A stretch of 64,000 bases of DNA from a virus. Below are positions 1 through 10,322 of the stretch, in pieces. The stretch is taken from positions 32,001-96,000 of IMG/VR virus record IMGVR_UViG_3300032288_001980; one strand, given 5' to 3'. Below the pieces are notes generated by a model that was given only the letters and a program-made list of their open reading frames with translations, made no database searches and was not told the origin of the DNA. The position numbers were made by a program, and so were the translations under genes. Positions within the stretch are counted from its first letter, which is position 1. Each line of letters starts with the position of its first letter.

Positions 1-68
1 GGACACAATTTAGATGAAGCAGAGAGAGAAAAACTTAGAAAGAGAATTAAGTTTTTGCTTAATTATTA

Positions 69-287
69 ATGAGTAAAGAAGATTTAATACAGTCAGACGG
101 ACAAGTAATAGAAGTTTTACCAAATGCAATGTTTAGAGTAAAACTGGACAACGGCCATATACTGCTTGCTACAATTAATGGCCGTATGCGTAAGAATAAT
201 ATTAACGTCAGTCTTAATGACAAGGTTAGCGTTGAAATTAGTCCTTACGATTTAACAAAGGGTCGTATTACATACAGACGAAGATAA
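69..287 (+). CDS. infA: Translation initiation factor IF-1
   Basis: 72 aa S1-type protein with the IF-1 signature ([20 protein letters not shown]...GRMRKNNI...[20 protein letters not shown]). Confidence 0.95.
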   Translation: MSKEDLIQSDGQVIEVLPNAMFRVKLDNGHILLATINGRMRKNNINVSLNDKVSVEISPYDLTKGRITYRRR

Positions 288-288
288 T

Positions 289-789
289 ATGTGGCAAGTT
301 CAATGGATGCTAAGTCTTATTCCAGCTGAAATACTAAGTTTAATATACTGGATTATTATAGCTGTTGGTATTACCGGTATTGCTGCCGGGTGGCTAGGCC
401 GTTGGATTCCGTTTTATGGAAAGTATGTTCAACTCTTAAAACCTATAGGTGTTTTATTAGTTGTTTTAGGTGTTTGGCTCCGTGGCGGCTATGACGTTGA
501 AATGGCTTGGAGAGCCAAAGTAAAAGATATGGAAAACAAAGTTGCTATAGCAGAAGAACAAGCCAAGACTGCTACTGCTAAAGTAGAAACAAAAGTTGTA
601 ACCCAAACTAAAATTGTTAGAGAAAAAGGTGAAACTATCGTTCGATATGTTGACAAAGTAGTTACACAAGATAAAGAAGTTATTAAATTTGTAGAGCATT
701 GCCCTATCCCACCAGCAGTAGTTAATACTATAAATGCTGCCGCTAAAAATCAACCGATAGAAGAAAAGAAGCAGGAGGCTAAAAAATGA
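289..789 (+). CDS. Inner-membrane spanin (Rz-like)
   Basis: N-terminal hydrophobic segments, then a charged coiled-coil and a C-terminal Cys/Pro segment; ATGA overlap with a downstream lipoprotein gene. Confidence 0.6.
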   Translation: MWQVQWMLSLIPAEILSLIYWIIIAVGITGIAAGWLGRWIPFYGKYVQLLKPIGVLLVVLGVWLRGGYDVEMAWRAKVKDMENKVAIAEEQAKTATAKVETKVVTQTKIVREKGETIVRYVDKVVTQDKEVIKFVEHCPIPPAVVNTINAAAKNQPIEEKKQEAKK

Positions 790-1076
790 AAAAGGGTTTA
801 ATCATTTTATTAGTGTCCTTTGCTACTGCACTTTTGTTAACTGGCTGTAGCACAACTGTTCCTGTCAAAATGAAATTTCCTGACGCACCATCTGTGCTTA
901 TGGAAAAATGTCCTCCGTTGCAAACTATAGATAAAGCCGAAGGAGTTAGCATAATTGATATTACAAAAAATGTAACAATCAATTATACTGCATACTACGA
1001 GTGCGGAATCAAAGTAGAAAACTGGATAGAGTGGTACGACCAACAAAAGAAAATATTCGATAGCATCAAAAATTGA
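786..1076 (+). CDS. Outer-membrane lipoprotein spanin (Rz1-like)
   Basis: Signal peptide with lipobox LLTG-C followed by a Pro-rich segment (VPVKMKFPDAPSVLMEKCPPL); coupled to the Rz-like gene. Confidence 0.7.
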   Translation: MKKGLIILLVSFATALLLTGCSTTVPVKMKFPDAPSVLMEKCPPLQTIDKAEGVSIIDITKNVTINYTAYYECGIKVENWIEWYDQQKKIFDSIKN

Positions 1077-1101
1077 CATTCACTATAATAAGTAGTAGAA
1101 T
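1073..1101 (+). promoter_or_regulatory. Sigma70-type promoter
   Basis: TTGACA-17 nt-TAGAAT, 8 nt before the ATG at 1110. Confidence 0.75.
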
Positions 1102-1109
1102 ATGCAAGT

Positions 1110-1937
1110 ATGGACTACTACAAGGTATTGGGTTTAAATTCAGGCGCTTCCGAAGAGGAAATTAAAAAAGCCTATCGGAAACTAGCCAGCAAACATCATC
1201 CTGACAAAGGTGGAGACACGGCTAAGTTTCAAGAAATCCAAACGGCCTACGACGCACTAACTAACCCAAATAGTCGTCACAGTCAACAAACAAATCAACA
1301 GTGGTCCGGGGAAAGTCCTTTCAATTGGGAAGACTTGGCCAGTGTATTTTCACAACATCGCGCTCAATCGGGATTTGATCCATTTGAACAAATATTCAAA
1401 CACCCTAATGGCCCCCGCAATCAAGATTATCATGTAGACATTACAGTAGATCTCGAACAACTGTTTAGAAGCGATACTATATTAGTTGGTCTTAGATTGC
1501 CGTCGATGACTACACAAGATCTCGAAATAAAATTATCTCACGATTATAAAACTGGAACAAAAATTAGATATGCAGGATTAGGTAGTCGTGCAATTGGAAG
1601 AGCCAATCCCGGAGACTTGTATGTAACTATTATACAACGACCGCACATAAAGTACGAACGTGCTGGAGTTGATTTAACAGTTACCGAAAACATATCAGTT
1701 TGGCAAGCAATGACTGGCGGAGACTTGCAAATTAACACAATAGATAATAAAATACTAGAAATTAAGATTCATCCCGGAACACAAAACGGAACAGTTATGC
1801 GATTAAAAGGATATGGCATGCCATATGGCGCTAACGGTTTGCGGGGAGATTTGCTGGTTCGTTTAAATATTAGTATACCAGCACTTTCCGAGGAAGAAGC
1901 TAATAAAACAATTAACCAACTTAAAGGAACGGTATGA
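1110..1937 (+). CDS. dnaJ: DnaJ-class co-chaperone (CbpA-like, no zinc finger)
   Basis: J domain (DYYKVLGL...HPDKGGD), G/F-rich linker, C-terminal DnaJ_C region (GDLYV...PGTQNG...GDLLV). Confidence 0.9.
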   Translation: MDYYKVLGLNSGASEEEIKKAYRKLASKHHPDKGGDTAKFQEIQTAYDALTNPNSRHSQQTNQQWSGESPFNWEDLASVFSQHRAQSGFDPFEQIFKHPNGPRNQDYHVDITVDLEQLFRSDTILVGLRLPSMTTQDLEIKLSHDYKTGTKIRYAGLGSRAIGRANPGDLYVTIIQRPHIKYERAGVDLTVTENISVWQAMTGGDLQINTIDNKILEIKIHPGTQNGTVMRLKGYGMPYGANGLRGDLLVRLNISIPALSEEEANKTINQLKGTV

Positions 1938-4186
1938 GCGATCAGGATAAGATCCATGACATGATTAGTAAGGCATTTAACTTAGCCTTGGACAATAAAC
2001 ACGAATATGTTACTTTAGAGCATCTGTTGTTTGCTATCTTAGAAGATGATAGTAATAAAGAACTGCTGGTGAAATTAGGATGCAATCCAGACGCACTAAA
2101 TGCAGATCTTATGACTTTTCTTGCAGAACAAGAAAAATTAGATTCCGAGTCGGTTAAGCCCAGAAAAACTAATACACTAGAGCGTAGTTTCAATCGTGCC
2201 TTTACCCAAGCCTTGTTTAACGGCAGAAATTTTATTGCTATAACAGATATCCTGTTAAGCATTCTTAGCGAAAAGCAAAGTCACGCGGCCTATTATCTTG
2301 CAATTCAAGGTGTTAATAAAGATACAATTATTGAATATATTAAAAGCCAACACGAAGCAGAAGAGACAACCACTAAACGATCTACTAAATCTAATAGAAA
2401 AGACGAAGACAAGTATCTTGCTAAGTTTTGTAAAAATCTTTGCGATGATGCAATCGAAGGCAAAGTTGATGCAGTAATTGGCCGCGATGAAATTATTGAA
2501 AATCTTGTACAAGTTATTGCTAGACGTAAGAAAAACAATGTTGTACTAGTAGGAGATCCCGGTGTTGGTAAAACTGCTATTGCAGAAGGCCTAGCTTATA
2601 AAATTGTACACGATCAAGTGCCCGACCTACTTAAAAATAACGAATTATACAGCTTGGATGTCGGAGCATTATTAGCAGGGACAAAATATCGCGGCGACTT
2701 TGAAGAGCGTTTGAAAAACATCTTAGACATTTTAGAAACTAGGGACAATGCTATATTGTTTATCGACGAAATTCATATGATCATGGGTGCTGGCGGTGGT
2801 GGCAACAGTTCGGCTGACATGGCTAACTTAATCAAGCCTGCACTAAACAGTGGTAAGATTCGTTGCATTGGTAGTACTACTCATGAAGAATATCGCAAGA
2901 TTTTTGAAAAAGATCGTGCAATGAATCGTCGATTTTACAAGTTAGATGTTTCTGAACCTACTGTAGCTCAATGTAAAGAAATCCTTCGCGGACTAATTGG
3001 TAGTTACGAAAAGTTCCATAACATTAAATTTACAACAGCAGCCTTAGATGCGGCAGTTGAATTATCTAGTAAGTTTATGTTGGATAAGCAGTTGCCCGAC
3101 AAAGCCATTGACGTTATTGATGCTAGTGCGGCCCGTCAACGTATCAAGCCGGAATCCGATCGTAAATTAGTTATTGATGTTCCTGAAATTCAATTTGAAA
3201 TCAGCAGTATTACACGAATCCCCTTGGATCGATTAACCACTGTTAACGACAAGGAAGTAGGCAAAATTGATTACGAAGGTAAGCTCAAGGCAGGAGTATA
3301 CGGTCAAGATCATGCTATCGAAGAATTGCTAAATGCATTGTATATTGCACAAGCAGGCCTTAAGGATCCTAATAAACCATTGGGCAGTTTCTTGTTTTTA
3401 GGTCCAACTGGTACAGGCAAAACAGAACTAGCAACTCAGCTGGCACAAGCCATGGGCCAAGCCCTTGTACGTTTTGATATGAGCGAATATCAAGAACAGC
3501 ACAAAGTTGCCAGTTTGATTGGTAGTCCTCCAGGCTACGTTGGATACAGTGATGGGCAAGCTGGCTCGGGGAAACTTATTAACGAAATTGAAAAGAATCC
3601 CAATTGTGTGCTATTGCTTGATGAAATCGAAAAAGCTCATCCTAGTGTCATTAATGTGTTTTTACAGTTAATGGATGCAGGCATTGTTAGTGGCAGTGAC
3701 GGTAAAACAGTCAACGGTCGTAACATTGTGTTGATTATGACCAGTAACTTGGGCGCCGCTGATGCAGAAAAAAATGCCATTGGATTTGCCGCAGGTAAAG
3801 TGCAGGGCGCAGAAGATGCGGCTGTGAAAAAGTTTTTCACTCCAGAATTCCGTAATAGATTAGATGCAATTATCAAATTTAATAAACTGGACAAATCTAT
3901 TATCATTAATATCGTTAATAAGTTTATTAATGAAATGAACTCGCAACTGGCCGAGCGTAACTTGTTTATTACTTTGGAGACTTCTGCTATTGACTGGCTG
4001 ATAGAAAACGGTTATAATGAGACTATGGGTGCGAGACCTATGAAGAGATTAATTTCTACAGAAATCAAACAGCCTTTAAGTAAGAAAATTCTATTCAGCC
4101 AAAACTACAAAAACCTTACTGTCAAACTAAGTCGCACCAAAACGGGATGGAAGTTCAATGAGTCAAAACGAAAATCAGCCAATTAA
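1934..4186 (+). CDS. clpA: ATP-dependent Clp protease ATP-binding subunit ClpA
   Basis: Clp N-domain ([10 protein letters not shown]), two Walker A motifs ([16 protein letters not shown]), Walker B (FIDEIH, LLDEIEK), ClpP-docking IGF loop (NAIGF), no ClpB middle domain. Confidence 0.92.
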   Translation: MSDQDKIHDMISKAFNLALDNKHEYVTLEHLLFAILEDDSNKELLVKLGCNPDALNADLMTFLAEQEKLDSESVKPRKTNTLERSFNRAFTQALFNGRNFIAITDILLSILSEKQSHAAYYLAIQGVNKDTIIEYIKSQHEAEETTTKRSTKSNRKDEDKYLAKFCKNLCDDAIEGKVDAVIGRDEIIENLVQVIARRKKNNVVLVGDPGVGKTAIAEGLAYKIVHDQVPDLLKNNELYSLDVGALLAGTKYRGDFEERLKNILDILETRDNAILFIDEIHMIMGAGGGGNSSADMANLIKPALNSGKIRCIGSTTHEEYRKIFEKDRAMNRRFYKLDVSEPTVAQCKEILRGLIGSYEKFHNIKFTTAALDAAVELSSKFMLDKQLPDKAIDVIDASAARQRIKPESDRKLVIDVPEIQFEISSITRIPLDRLTTVNDKEVGKIDYEGKLKAGVYGQDHAIEELLNALYIAQAGLKDPNKPLGSFLFLGPTGTGKTELATQLAQAMGQALVRFDMSEYQEQHKVASLIGSPPGYVGYSDGQAGSGKLINEIEKNPNCVLLLDEIEKAHPSVINVFLQLMDAGIVSGSDGKTVNGRNIVLIMTSNLGAADAEKNAIGFAAGKVQGAEDAAVKKFFTPEFRNRLDAIIKFNKLDKSIIINIVNKFINEMNSQLAERNLFITLETSAIDWLIENGYNETMGARPMKRLISTEIKQPLSKKILFSQNYKNLTVKLSRTKTGWKFNESKRKSAN

Positions 4187-4898
4187 TCTAGGACTAAACC
4201 TTAGACACAAATATAGCCAAAAGCCTTATTTTGGCACAATGTTTTTTAAAATAGTTTATGATATCAGAGATCCTAAGGAACATAAGCGACCTGCTAAGGT
4301 ATGGAACCTAACTCCAACGACTAGAAGAGACTGGTTTAGTAAAGCAAAGATATTGGCCAGCGCGATTAGTAGGTTTTGTGTCAGAGAACTAAAAGCCAAT
4401 TATAGACAGCGTACAGAAAGTAACAGGGTCACGTTCTTTTTAGAAAAAGAAGAACATGCTAGAGCGTTGGTTAAACAATTTGATAAAAATATTGTAGAAG
4501 TGTATGTTCCTTATAACAACATGCAAATCCAAATTGGTTCCAGCGATATGATGGCTACGCCTTTGTTTAGATCTAAACTATTTGAGCAATCTAACTACTG
4601 TAACGGATTTAGGTATAAAGTTCAAGTAAATGCTACCAACGAAATAAAAGCGATGAAAAGTAACTTAAACTCTTTTTTTGCTAATATTAGCAGACAGGAT
4701 TATAGTCTTAGTTACAATGCACAACTTATGCTAGATTCTGACCCTAAAAGAGGAGAAAGACTAGCTCGCTGGAATAAATTAAGTATGTACTTTAATGATG
4801 AACAGGATCTGTTGATGCTTAAATTAATGATGGGACTAACTGAGATGGAAGTTTATAAAGTTATTTTGCACAAAGAACTGATCTTCCAGGATAAATAA
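4158..4898 (+). CDS. Hypothetical protein
   Basis: 246 aa ORF in the operon flow; no motif recognised. Confidence 0.75.
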   Translation: MSQNENQPINLGLNLRHKYSQKPYFGTMFFKIVYDIRDPKEHKRPAKVWNLTPTTRRDWFSKAKILASAISRFCVRELKANYRQRTESNRVTFFLEKEEHARALVKQFDKNIVEVYVPYNNMQIQIGSSDMMATPLFRSKLFEQSNYCNGFRYKVQVNATNEIKAMKSNLNSFFANISRQDYSLSYNAQLMLDSDPKRGERLARWNKLSMYFNDEQDLLMLKLMMGLTEMEVYKVILHKELIFQDK

Positions 4899-4929
4899 AT
4901 GCATCTAGTTATCCTTTAAGGAGATTTAT

Positions 4930-5220
4930 ATGGCTATTACAGTAACCGAAAGAACAGTAAAACCCGCAGACAAAGCATGGTGGAGTGCCAGCAATGCCGC
5001 CGCGCTTGCTCAATTAAAAGAGTGGCACAAAGCATTTCCTGGCGTTGTATCCGTTAGAGGTTCTACTATTGATGCTAACACCGTTCAAAGCGTGTTAACA
5101 TTTAACCAAATGTCTGATTATAATGCTTATAAAGCAGCCGTTGATTCTAATGCTATTTACAGAGCAAGAAGAACGTACAATGAGAACAATGGAATTGTAA
5201 CAACAGTTACAGTTGCTTAA
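4930..5220 (+). CDS. Small late protein (96 aa), function unknown
   Basis: Strong SD (TAAGGAG) and a TAAATA late promoter at 4892-4897; followed by a terminator. Confidence 0.8.
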   Translation: MAITVTERTVKPADKAWWSASNAAALAQLKEWHKAFPGVVSVRGSTIDANTVQSVLTFNQMSDYNAYKAAVDSNAIYRARRTYNENNGIVTTVTVA

Positions 5221-5237
5221 TTACTCGATTATACAAT

Positions 5238-5259
5238 AAAGCCCCTTAAGGGGCTTTTT
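5238..5259. terminator. Bidirectional intrinsic terminator
   Basis: Perfect 20-bp palindrome AAAGCCCC-TTAA-GGGGCTTT followed by more T, between convergent genes; the minus-strand stop codon lies in the loop. Confidence 0.85.
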
Positions 5260-6352
5260 GTTTGAACAAATTTTCAGGATTATAATAATCTTGTGGATTA
5301 AATTTTTCTAGGATTTCAAAGTCTTCGGTAACTGCTTCGTTTAGTATTCTGTGATTGAACACAGTAGTCAAGCTGGGACGTTTAATTTTATTTTTGAAAT
5401 AATCAAAATCTTTGTTGAAGTTATAGATGCTTTGTTTAGCTTCTAGCTTGTAATTTTTCCAATCATCAATGTATCTAACCTGCGGATTGTTTATGCTCCA
5501 CAGTTGGAATTCTTCTGTTTGATAAAAATGATAAAGATATGTAGAGTCCCACTGCTTAGTGATATTGGGTATTTGACTAGGGAATGTTAGGGCGTATATT
5601 CTAAAGTGTACTGTTTGCCATTTAAAGCAGAAGTTATACCACCAAAAGAAATCGCTGTTTTTTTCTAATTTAACTCCGTAGTTATTACTAGAAGCTACTA
5701 CTGCATCTATTAATATGTTAGATACTTGGTCATCTTTTATATAGTGATTTATATGATTAAAAATACTGGATCTAGTAAATTTAGAATTTAATTCATCTGC
5801 TCCCTGATGTGTTAGATAAAATTTTATTAAATCACTACCAAACAATTGATCATTGAATTCACCAGTTACTAATATAATAGATCCGTTAAACATCCATGGT
5901 GTGTGTTCACTGTTTAAAAATTCAAAATTAGGCAGTATGTGTTCTTTATAAAACTTGGGATTTTCAAATGTGGCTTCTGTACTGAGAATAATTTTTATTC
6001 TACCTTTAAGATCTGCTAGGCTGTAGTTTCTCATAAACCCTACTACAACCATCGTACTGTCTATACCGCCACTCCACATTATACCAATGGGCTTATTAAG
6101 ATCCACACTGGCCTGATAAATTTCTTTTACCCGAAGATCAACAGCATCATCATAACTTAAAGATTGACTAGACAACTCAGGCAATCGACAAGCATCATGC
6201 ATAGCCAGGTTAATGGGCTGTACTAGTGTGCCTGATCTATCATTCATTCCCACTGCATGACCTATTAGATTGTATATCTTGCGCCATGCGGCAACATCTT
6301 CAGTTTTTAAGCTATTGATAGTCAAGGGATTAAAGTAATAAAGGGATTTCAT
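5246..6352 (-). CDS. Asparagine-synthetase-like ATP pyrophosphatase (PP-loop), no glutaminase domain
   Basis: MWSGGIDST PP-loop and TGEFNDQLFG motif typical of the Asn synthetase C-terminal domain. Confidence 0.7.
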   Translation of the reverse strand: MKSLYYFNPLTINSLKTEDVAAWRKIYNLIGHAVGMNDRSGTLVQPINLAMHDACRLPELSSQSLSYDDAVDLRVKEIYQASVDLNKPIGIMWSGGIDSTMVVVGFMRNYSLADLKGRIKIILSTEATFENPKFYKEHILPNFEFLNSEHTPWMFNGSIILVTGEFNDQLFGSDLIKFYLTHQGADELNSKFTRSSIFNHINHYIKDDQVSNILIDAVVASSNNYGVKLEKNSDFFWWYNFCFKWQTVHFRIYALTFPSQIPNITKQWDSTYLYHFYQTEEFQLWSINNPQVRYIDDWKNYKLEAKQSIYNFNKDFDYFKNKIKRPSLTTVFNHRILNEAVTEDFEILEKFNPQDYYNPENLFKQKAP

Positions 6353-6984
6353 ATTAAACTGTTAAGCCAAAACTCTCTGACCATTTCACGTCTTGCGGCT
6401 TCGATATCTTCAGCAGTATTGCACTCGTTGATTTTATTGCGCCATTTCTCACCTAAAGTTTCTATTCTAAATTTAGTAATGTTGTCTGACTCGATCCTAA
6501 GTTTTAGTTCCTTGACTGCTTGATGTACCGGTACTTCTAGTGTACGTGCATATTCTTCTAATATGTAAGTATACCTATTATTAGCTATATCGCACTTGGC
6601 TATCTCTGCTTCGGCTACTACATCAAAGTGATCCCACGAATGCCTAGTAACTCTGGCCATAGTATTGTGTAAATGCGTTTCCCAATTAAAAAATGCTTCC
6701 TGTCTTAGCCTTAAAATCTTTTGCTTTTGTTTCCAGCTTTCACTAACATTAGCCGGGTCTATTTCTGTAAATGAATTTATAGTAGGATTTATTACATATA
6801 ATTTCTTAAAGAAAAAGTCTCTGTCAGTGGGCTTAAAGTAATCAACAGAATTGCTGATTGTAATACCTCTGACCATACTGTCACCATCGCCGGCGGCTAA
6901 CGCATTAGCAGTCAATACCCTGGGAGTCATAGTATAGACACAGTAATTTTCTGTGCTCCATACTATGTATTTCATGTCTTGCAT
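6349..6984 (-). CDS. Hypothetical protein, coupled to the Asn-synthetase-like gene
   Basis: 211 aa ORF with a 4-nt overlap; helical C-terminus. Confidence 0.75.
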   Translation of the reverse strand: MQDMKYIVWSTENYCVYTMTPRVLTANALAAGDGDSMVRGITISNSVDYFKPTDRDFFFKKLYVINPTINSFTEIDPANVSESWKQKQKILRLRQEAFFNWETHLHNTMARVTRHSWDHFDVVAEAEIAKCDIANNRYTYILEEYARTLEVPVHQAVKELKLRIESDNITKFRIETLGEKWRNKINECNTAEDIEAARREMVREFWLNSLI

Positions 6985-7008
6985 AACCGTTCCCTATAAT
7001 TATGTACG

Positions 7009-7025
7009 TATTTATTGAATAAATA
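7009..7025. promoter_or_regulatory. Back-to-back divergent late promoters
   Basis: TATTTAT-TGA-ATAAATA gives ATAAATA on both strands between divergent genes; a second TAAATA at 7054-7059. Confidence 0.65.
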
Positions 7026-7076
7026 CAACAGCATCACTACGATGTTATCCAAATAAATACTATATTGGAGAGAGAT

Positions 7077-7244
7077 ATGGCAAAAATACACGAAGAACTA
7101 ATCGTTATTAAACTAAGCAGGCTAACAAAAGACAGCGAAGAAACAGTTGTACCCACAGTGGATGCTAACATTGTTGCTAATTTGGAAGTGCTTGTACAAG
7201 AGTTAGTTGGTAATGGAGTAGTTGTGGAAATTATTAAAGATTAA
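7077..7244 (+). CDS. Small hypothetical protein (55 aa, below the ORF-track cutoff)
   Basis: MAKIHEELIVIKLSRLTKDSEE...VEIIKD read manually; GGAG SD upstream; ends 2 nt before the next ATG. Confidence 0.75.
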   Translation: MAKIHEELIVIKLSRLTKDSEETVVPTVDANIVANLEVLVQELVGNGVVVEIIKD

Positions 7245-7246
7245 AC

Positions 7247-8806
7247 ATGACAACAATTATAAAATCTAGGGGCGATTTACAATTAGACCCTTCGGGCCGA
7301 CTTGTAGTTCACCAGGTAGAAACTTCGGATCCACCACAAAGCGAAAACAGTAACGTTGTTGCTACTACTCGCTGGGTTCGTACTGCCGTTACCGAGTTAA
7401 TTAATGGCGCACCAGGAGTGTTAGATACTCTGGGAGAAATTTCTACTGCTATCGGTAATGACCCTAATTTTGTAAACAATATAACCACATTAGCTAACAA
7501 TGCTGTAATACGTGCCGGTGACACAATGACTGGTCCGCTGATTATGAGTCGTAATCCGCAGTTACCGTTAGAAGCAACAACCAAGCAATGGGTAGAATAT
7601 AAACTCGACGAACAAACTACTGATTTTATTGAAGAAGGTACTAATAACTTATATTTTTTAACTAGCAGAGCACGAAATAGTATCAGTGTTGTTGACAACG
7701 ATATACAGTCTACTTTTTTAAGTTACGATAGCACTAGTGGTCAAGTAAGATATAACCCTAGAACCGATAGACTAATTGAAGTGCCTAGTGCTCGTTTCTT
7801 TACAGAAGCAAGAGCTCAGGCTAGTTTAAGTTATACAACGGGCGTAGCTAACTACAATTCCGGTACTGGTTTAATTACTATACCAAGAAATACTACACAT
7901 ATTGATGAAGGCATAAACAGATACTTTACTGAAATTCGTGCTAGAGAAAGTATTAGTGTACAAGGACCATTACTGTACAACAATCAATCTGGTTTAATTG
8001 ATGTGCCTGCCAGCGGAGTAGTTGCAGGTGTGTATGCTTATGCTAACGTTACTGTTGATCAATACGGTCGTGTCACACACATCGAAGATGGCACTGGATC
8101 GGGGCCTATTAGCACTAATACAAATGGTGGCAATACCAGTATTAGTCTTATCACTGAAGGTAATGGTAGTGTTAATATCCAAGGTGACACTAGCATTGGT
8201 GGCGGGAACTTAAATGTTGCAGGTAATATTCATGCTACAGGCAATATCACAGCAGACGGTAACATTCAATTGGGTAATGCCGCATCTGATACCGTTACAT
8301 TTGCCGCTGAAATTAACAGCGATATTGTACCGCTATCAACCGACACTTATAACATTGGCAGCGTTACAAATCGCTGGCTAACAACTTATAGCAAGACTAC
8401 TGTAAACAACAAACAAATCATTATCAGTGATGCTGATCCTACAGTTAATACCAGTAATTATGTTTTAACTTGCACTACTAGTAATGATGCACCAACCGAA
8501 CTAACTATTGTTGGTACTAATAAAATTCAAATTCCTGCAGGATCCAGTGCTAGCTTTGAAATCAAGTTTGTGGGTGCCAACGGTCTACAGCGTTATGCTA
8601 GTATTGTAAAAGGACTAGTAATTAATAATGGGGGAGTAACATCATTAGTTGGTCCTATTGTTAAAGAAACTTTAGCCAGTACTGGTGCTACATTAAATTC
8701 TAACGTAAGCATATCGGGAAATATACTAAGTATCTCTGCTACTGGCTTGGCAGGAGAAACTATTAAATGGACAGCTTTTGCCAGCGTAACAACGGTAACA
8801 TTCTAA
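7247..8806 (+). CDS. Tail fibre-like virion structural protein
   Basis: Three T(D/T)xxxEGxxxxYFTxxRAR-type repeats, GVVAGVYAYANVTVDQYGRVT motif, G/N/T-rich beta repeats; late promoter upstream. Confidence 0.7.
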   Translation: MTTIIKSRGDLQLDPSGRLVVHQVETSDPPQSENSNVVATTRWVRTAVTELINGAPGVLDTLGEISTAIGNDPNFVNNITTLANNAVIRAGDTMTGPLIMSRNPQLPLEATTKQWVEYKLDEQTTDFIEEGTNNLYFLTSRARNSISVVDNDIQSTFLSYDSTSGQVRYNPRTDRLIEVPSARFFTEARAQASLSYTTGVANYNSGTGLITIPRNTTHIDEGINRYFTEIRARESISVQGPLLYNNQSGLIDVPASGVVAGVYAYANVTVDQYGRVTHIEDGTGSGPISTNTNGGNTSISLITEGNGSVNIQGDTSIGGGNLNVAGNIHATGNITADGNIQLGNAASDTVTFAAEINSDIVPLSTDTYNIGSVTNRWLTTYSKTTVNNKQIIISDADPTVNTSNYVLTCTTSNDAPTELTIVGTNKIQIPAGSSASFEIKFVGANGLQRYASIVKGLVINNGGVTSLVGPIVKETLASTGATLNSNVSISGNILSISATGLAGETIKWTAFASVTTVTF

Positions 8807-8807
8807 A

Positions 8808-9338
8808 ATGAGATTAAGAGAATTATTTGAACAAGCAGTTTCCGAAGCACTATTAGTTACCGATGTACCCAACGAAGATTGGTTAGATGGTAAAGTAGAG
8901 TATGCTAGAAAAAAAGGCTATGACAGTTACAACAGCCCATATATGGGCAGTACAACCGGTTATGTTAGACAGCCTAGCCGCGTAGAAATACCTATAGAGA
9001 TACTTAAAAGAATTCCTGGTGCTAGAAAAGAACAGGAAAATGTTCGCAGAGCAGATCTCGAAGCTATTATGAAAATAATGGACGAAACAGGCAAACTGCC
9101 AATGCATGACGGGAAAGAATATGCACCTTTTATTGGAGTTGCATGGAACGGTGATGCTAGAGTTTTAGAAGGTAATCATAGAATTATGGCCGCGGCTAAA
9201 TTGGGCTGGAAGTCTTTGCCAGTAGAATTAAAATACTTTGATGGCGGCGAACGAGTGGAGTCGGGCATGTTATACCCAGGTAAAATTGGATTAAAAGAAC
9301 CTGAACCCGGAACGACTATTGTTATGAATCAGGATTAA
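8808..9338 (+). CDS. MRxxE-tagged protein with a ParB/Srx-like domain
   Basis: N-terminus MRLRELFE; VLEGNHRIMAAAKLGWKSLPV resembles the ParB/Srx GxHR core. Confidence 0.65.
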   Translation: MRLRELFEQAVSEALLVTDVPNEDWLDGKVEYARKKGYDSYNSPYMGSTTGYVRQPSRVEIPIEILKRIPGARKEQENVRRADLEAIMKIMDETGKLPMHDGKEYAPFIGVAWNGDARVLEGNHRIMAAAKLGWKSLPVELKYFDGGERVESGMLYPGKIGLKEPEPGTTIVMNQD

Positions 9339-9339
9339 T

Positions 9340-9627
9340 ATGCAAGCTCAAGAATTTGATCATTTTGTTAGGTTAGTCAGCGACCAAGAATTAGACAAAG
9401 ATACTATTAAAGATTTTTTTAGAATAGTATTTGATAGTCCTGTTGGAGCATTAATTGATCAGCAATCTGATGGCGCAGTTATGATATATCATGCCAGAGA
9501 CCAAGAGCATTGCTATGATATTCCTTTAGTTGATGATCTTAGTAAATTGGATGGTGACATAATTTCCAAACGTCTATTGGATAAGTTTCCTTTTGATTTC
9601 AGCATCGAAGCCAGTACTAGTGTTTGA
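9340..9627 (+). CDS. Hypothetical acidic protein
   Basis: 95 aa; N-terminus MQAQEF is a possible variant of the MRxxE tag. Confidence 0.7.
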   Translation: MQAQEFDHFVRLVSDQELDKDTIKDFFRIVFDSPVGALIDQQSDGAVMIYHARDQEHCYDIPLVDDLSKLDGDIISKRLLDKFPFDFSIEASTSV

Positions 9628-9652
9628 CAACTAAATTAAATTTAGTTATACT
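9624..9652 (+). promoter_or_regulatory. Sigma70-type promoter with an internal palindrome
   Basis: TTGACA-17-TATACT; AACTAAAT-taa-ATTTAGTT inverted repeat spans the spacer; ATG 5 nt downstream. Confidence 0.7.
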
Positions 9653-9657
9653 AGTAC

Positions 9658-10020
9658 ATGATTAAAAACATCACTTCTAACTCCTCATTACTAAATGTAA
9701 GTTGCTATCAAGGCAATACTCCATATATCAGTCCAGGTGCCCAAAGTGCCGGTATGCTTAGATATAACACCAACATGAACTATTTAGAAGTCTATGATGG
9801 TGTCAGTTGGCAACAGTTTGGTGGTGGCAATGCTACTATTGATGTAGCACCTCACGTACAGGCTGCTATTGCGTGGGTACAATGTAAAATGGCCGAAGAA
9901 GCCGAAATGAAGGCTATGGCCGCAAAACATGCCAGCGTGGCCCATGCACTAGCTAACGTAGAGCAAGCAAAGAAAGAACTAGATTTAATTTTCCAACTAG
10001 CCAAGGACCACACAGAATGA
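9658..10020 (+). CDS. Hypothetical phage protein
   Basis: 120 aa; GMLRYNTNMNYLEVYDGVSW motif plus a C-terminal helix. Confidence 0.8.
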   Translation: MIKNITSNSSLLNVSCYQGNTPYISPGAQSAGMLRYNTNMNYLEVYDGVSWQQFGGGNATIDVAPHVQAAIAWVQCKMAEEAEMKAMAAKHASVAHALANVEQAKKELDLIFQLAKDHTE

Positions 10021-10295
10021 TTACAGTAGAATTTACCACAGACGACACACTAGAGCAACGCACAGAAACTATCGGCGATTTGCTACATCAGCACCATTGC
10101 GAAGTTACTTTTACCAAAGTAGACGGTTCGGTTAGGGTAATGCCCTGTACTCTCAAAGAAGGTAGCTTTCCCATCGTAGAAAGCAAAGGAACCAAAGCCA
10201 AAAATCCAAATGTCTACAGCGTTTGGTGTACTGACAAGTCAGAATGGCGTAGCTTCAAAATTATGAATGTTACCCAAATTACCGTTCTTGACTAA
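10017..10295 (+). CDS. WYL_2/DUF2693-like SH3-fold protein
   Basis: VTFTKVDGSVRVMPCTL...SVWCTDKSEWRSF pattern of T4-like phage DUF2693 proteins. Confidence 0.7.
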   Translation: MITVEFTTDDTLEQRTETIGDLLHQHHCEVTFTKVDGSVRVMPCTLKEGSFPIVESKGTKAKNPNVYSVWCTDKSEWRSFKIMNVTQITVLD

Positions 10296-10322
10296 TATTT
10301 TCATTTAATGTATAATAGTAGC

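Noticed and set aside
5246-6352. PP-loop protein as the missing QueC
   Set aside because: It has SGGIDS but also the Asn-synthetase TGExxDxLFG motif, lacks the QueC C-terminal Cys zinc cluster, and lies 39 kb from the que genes
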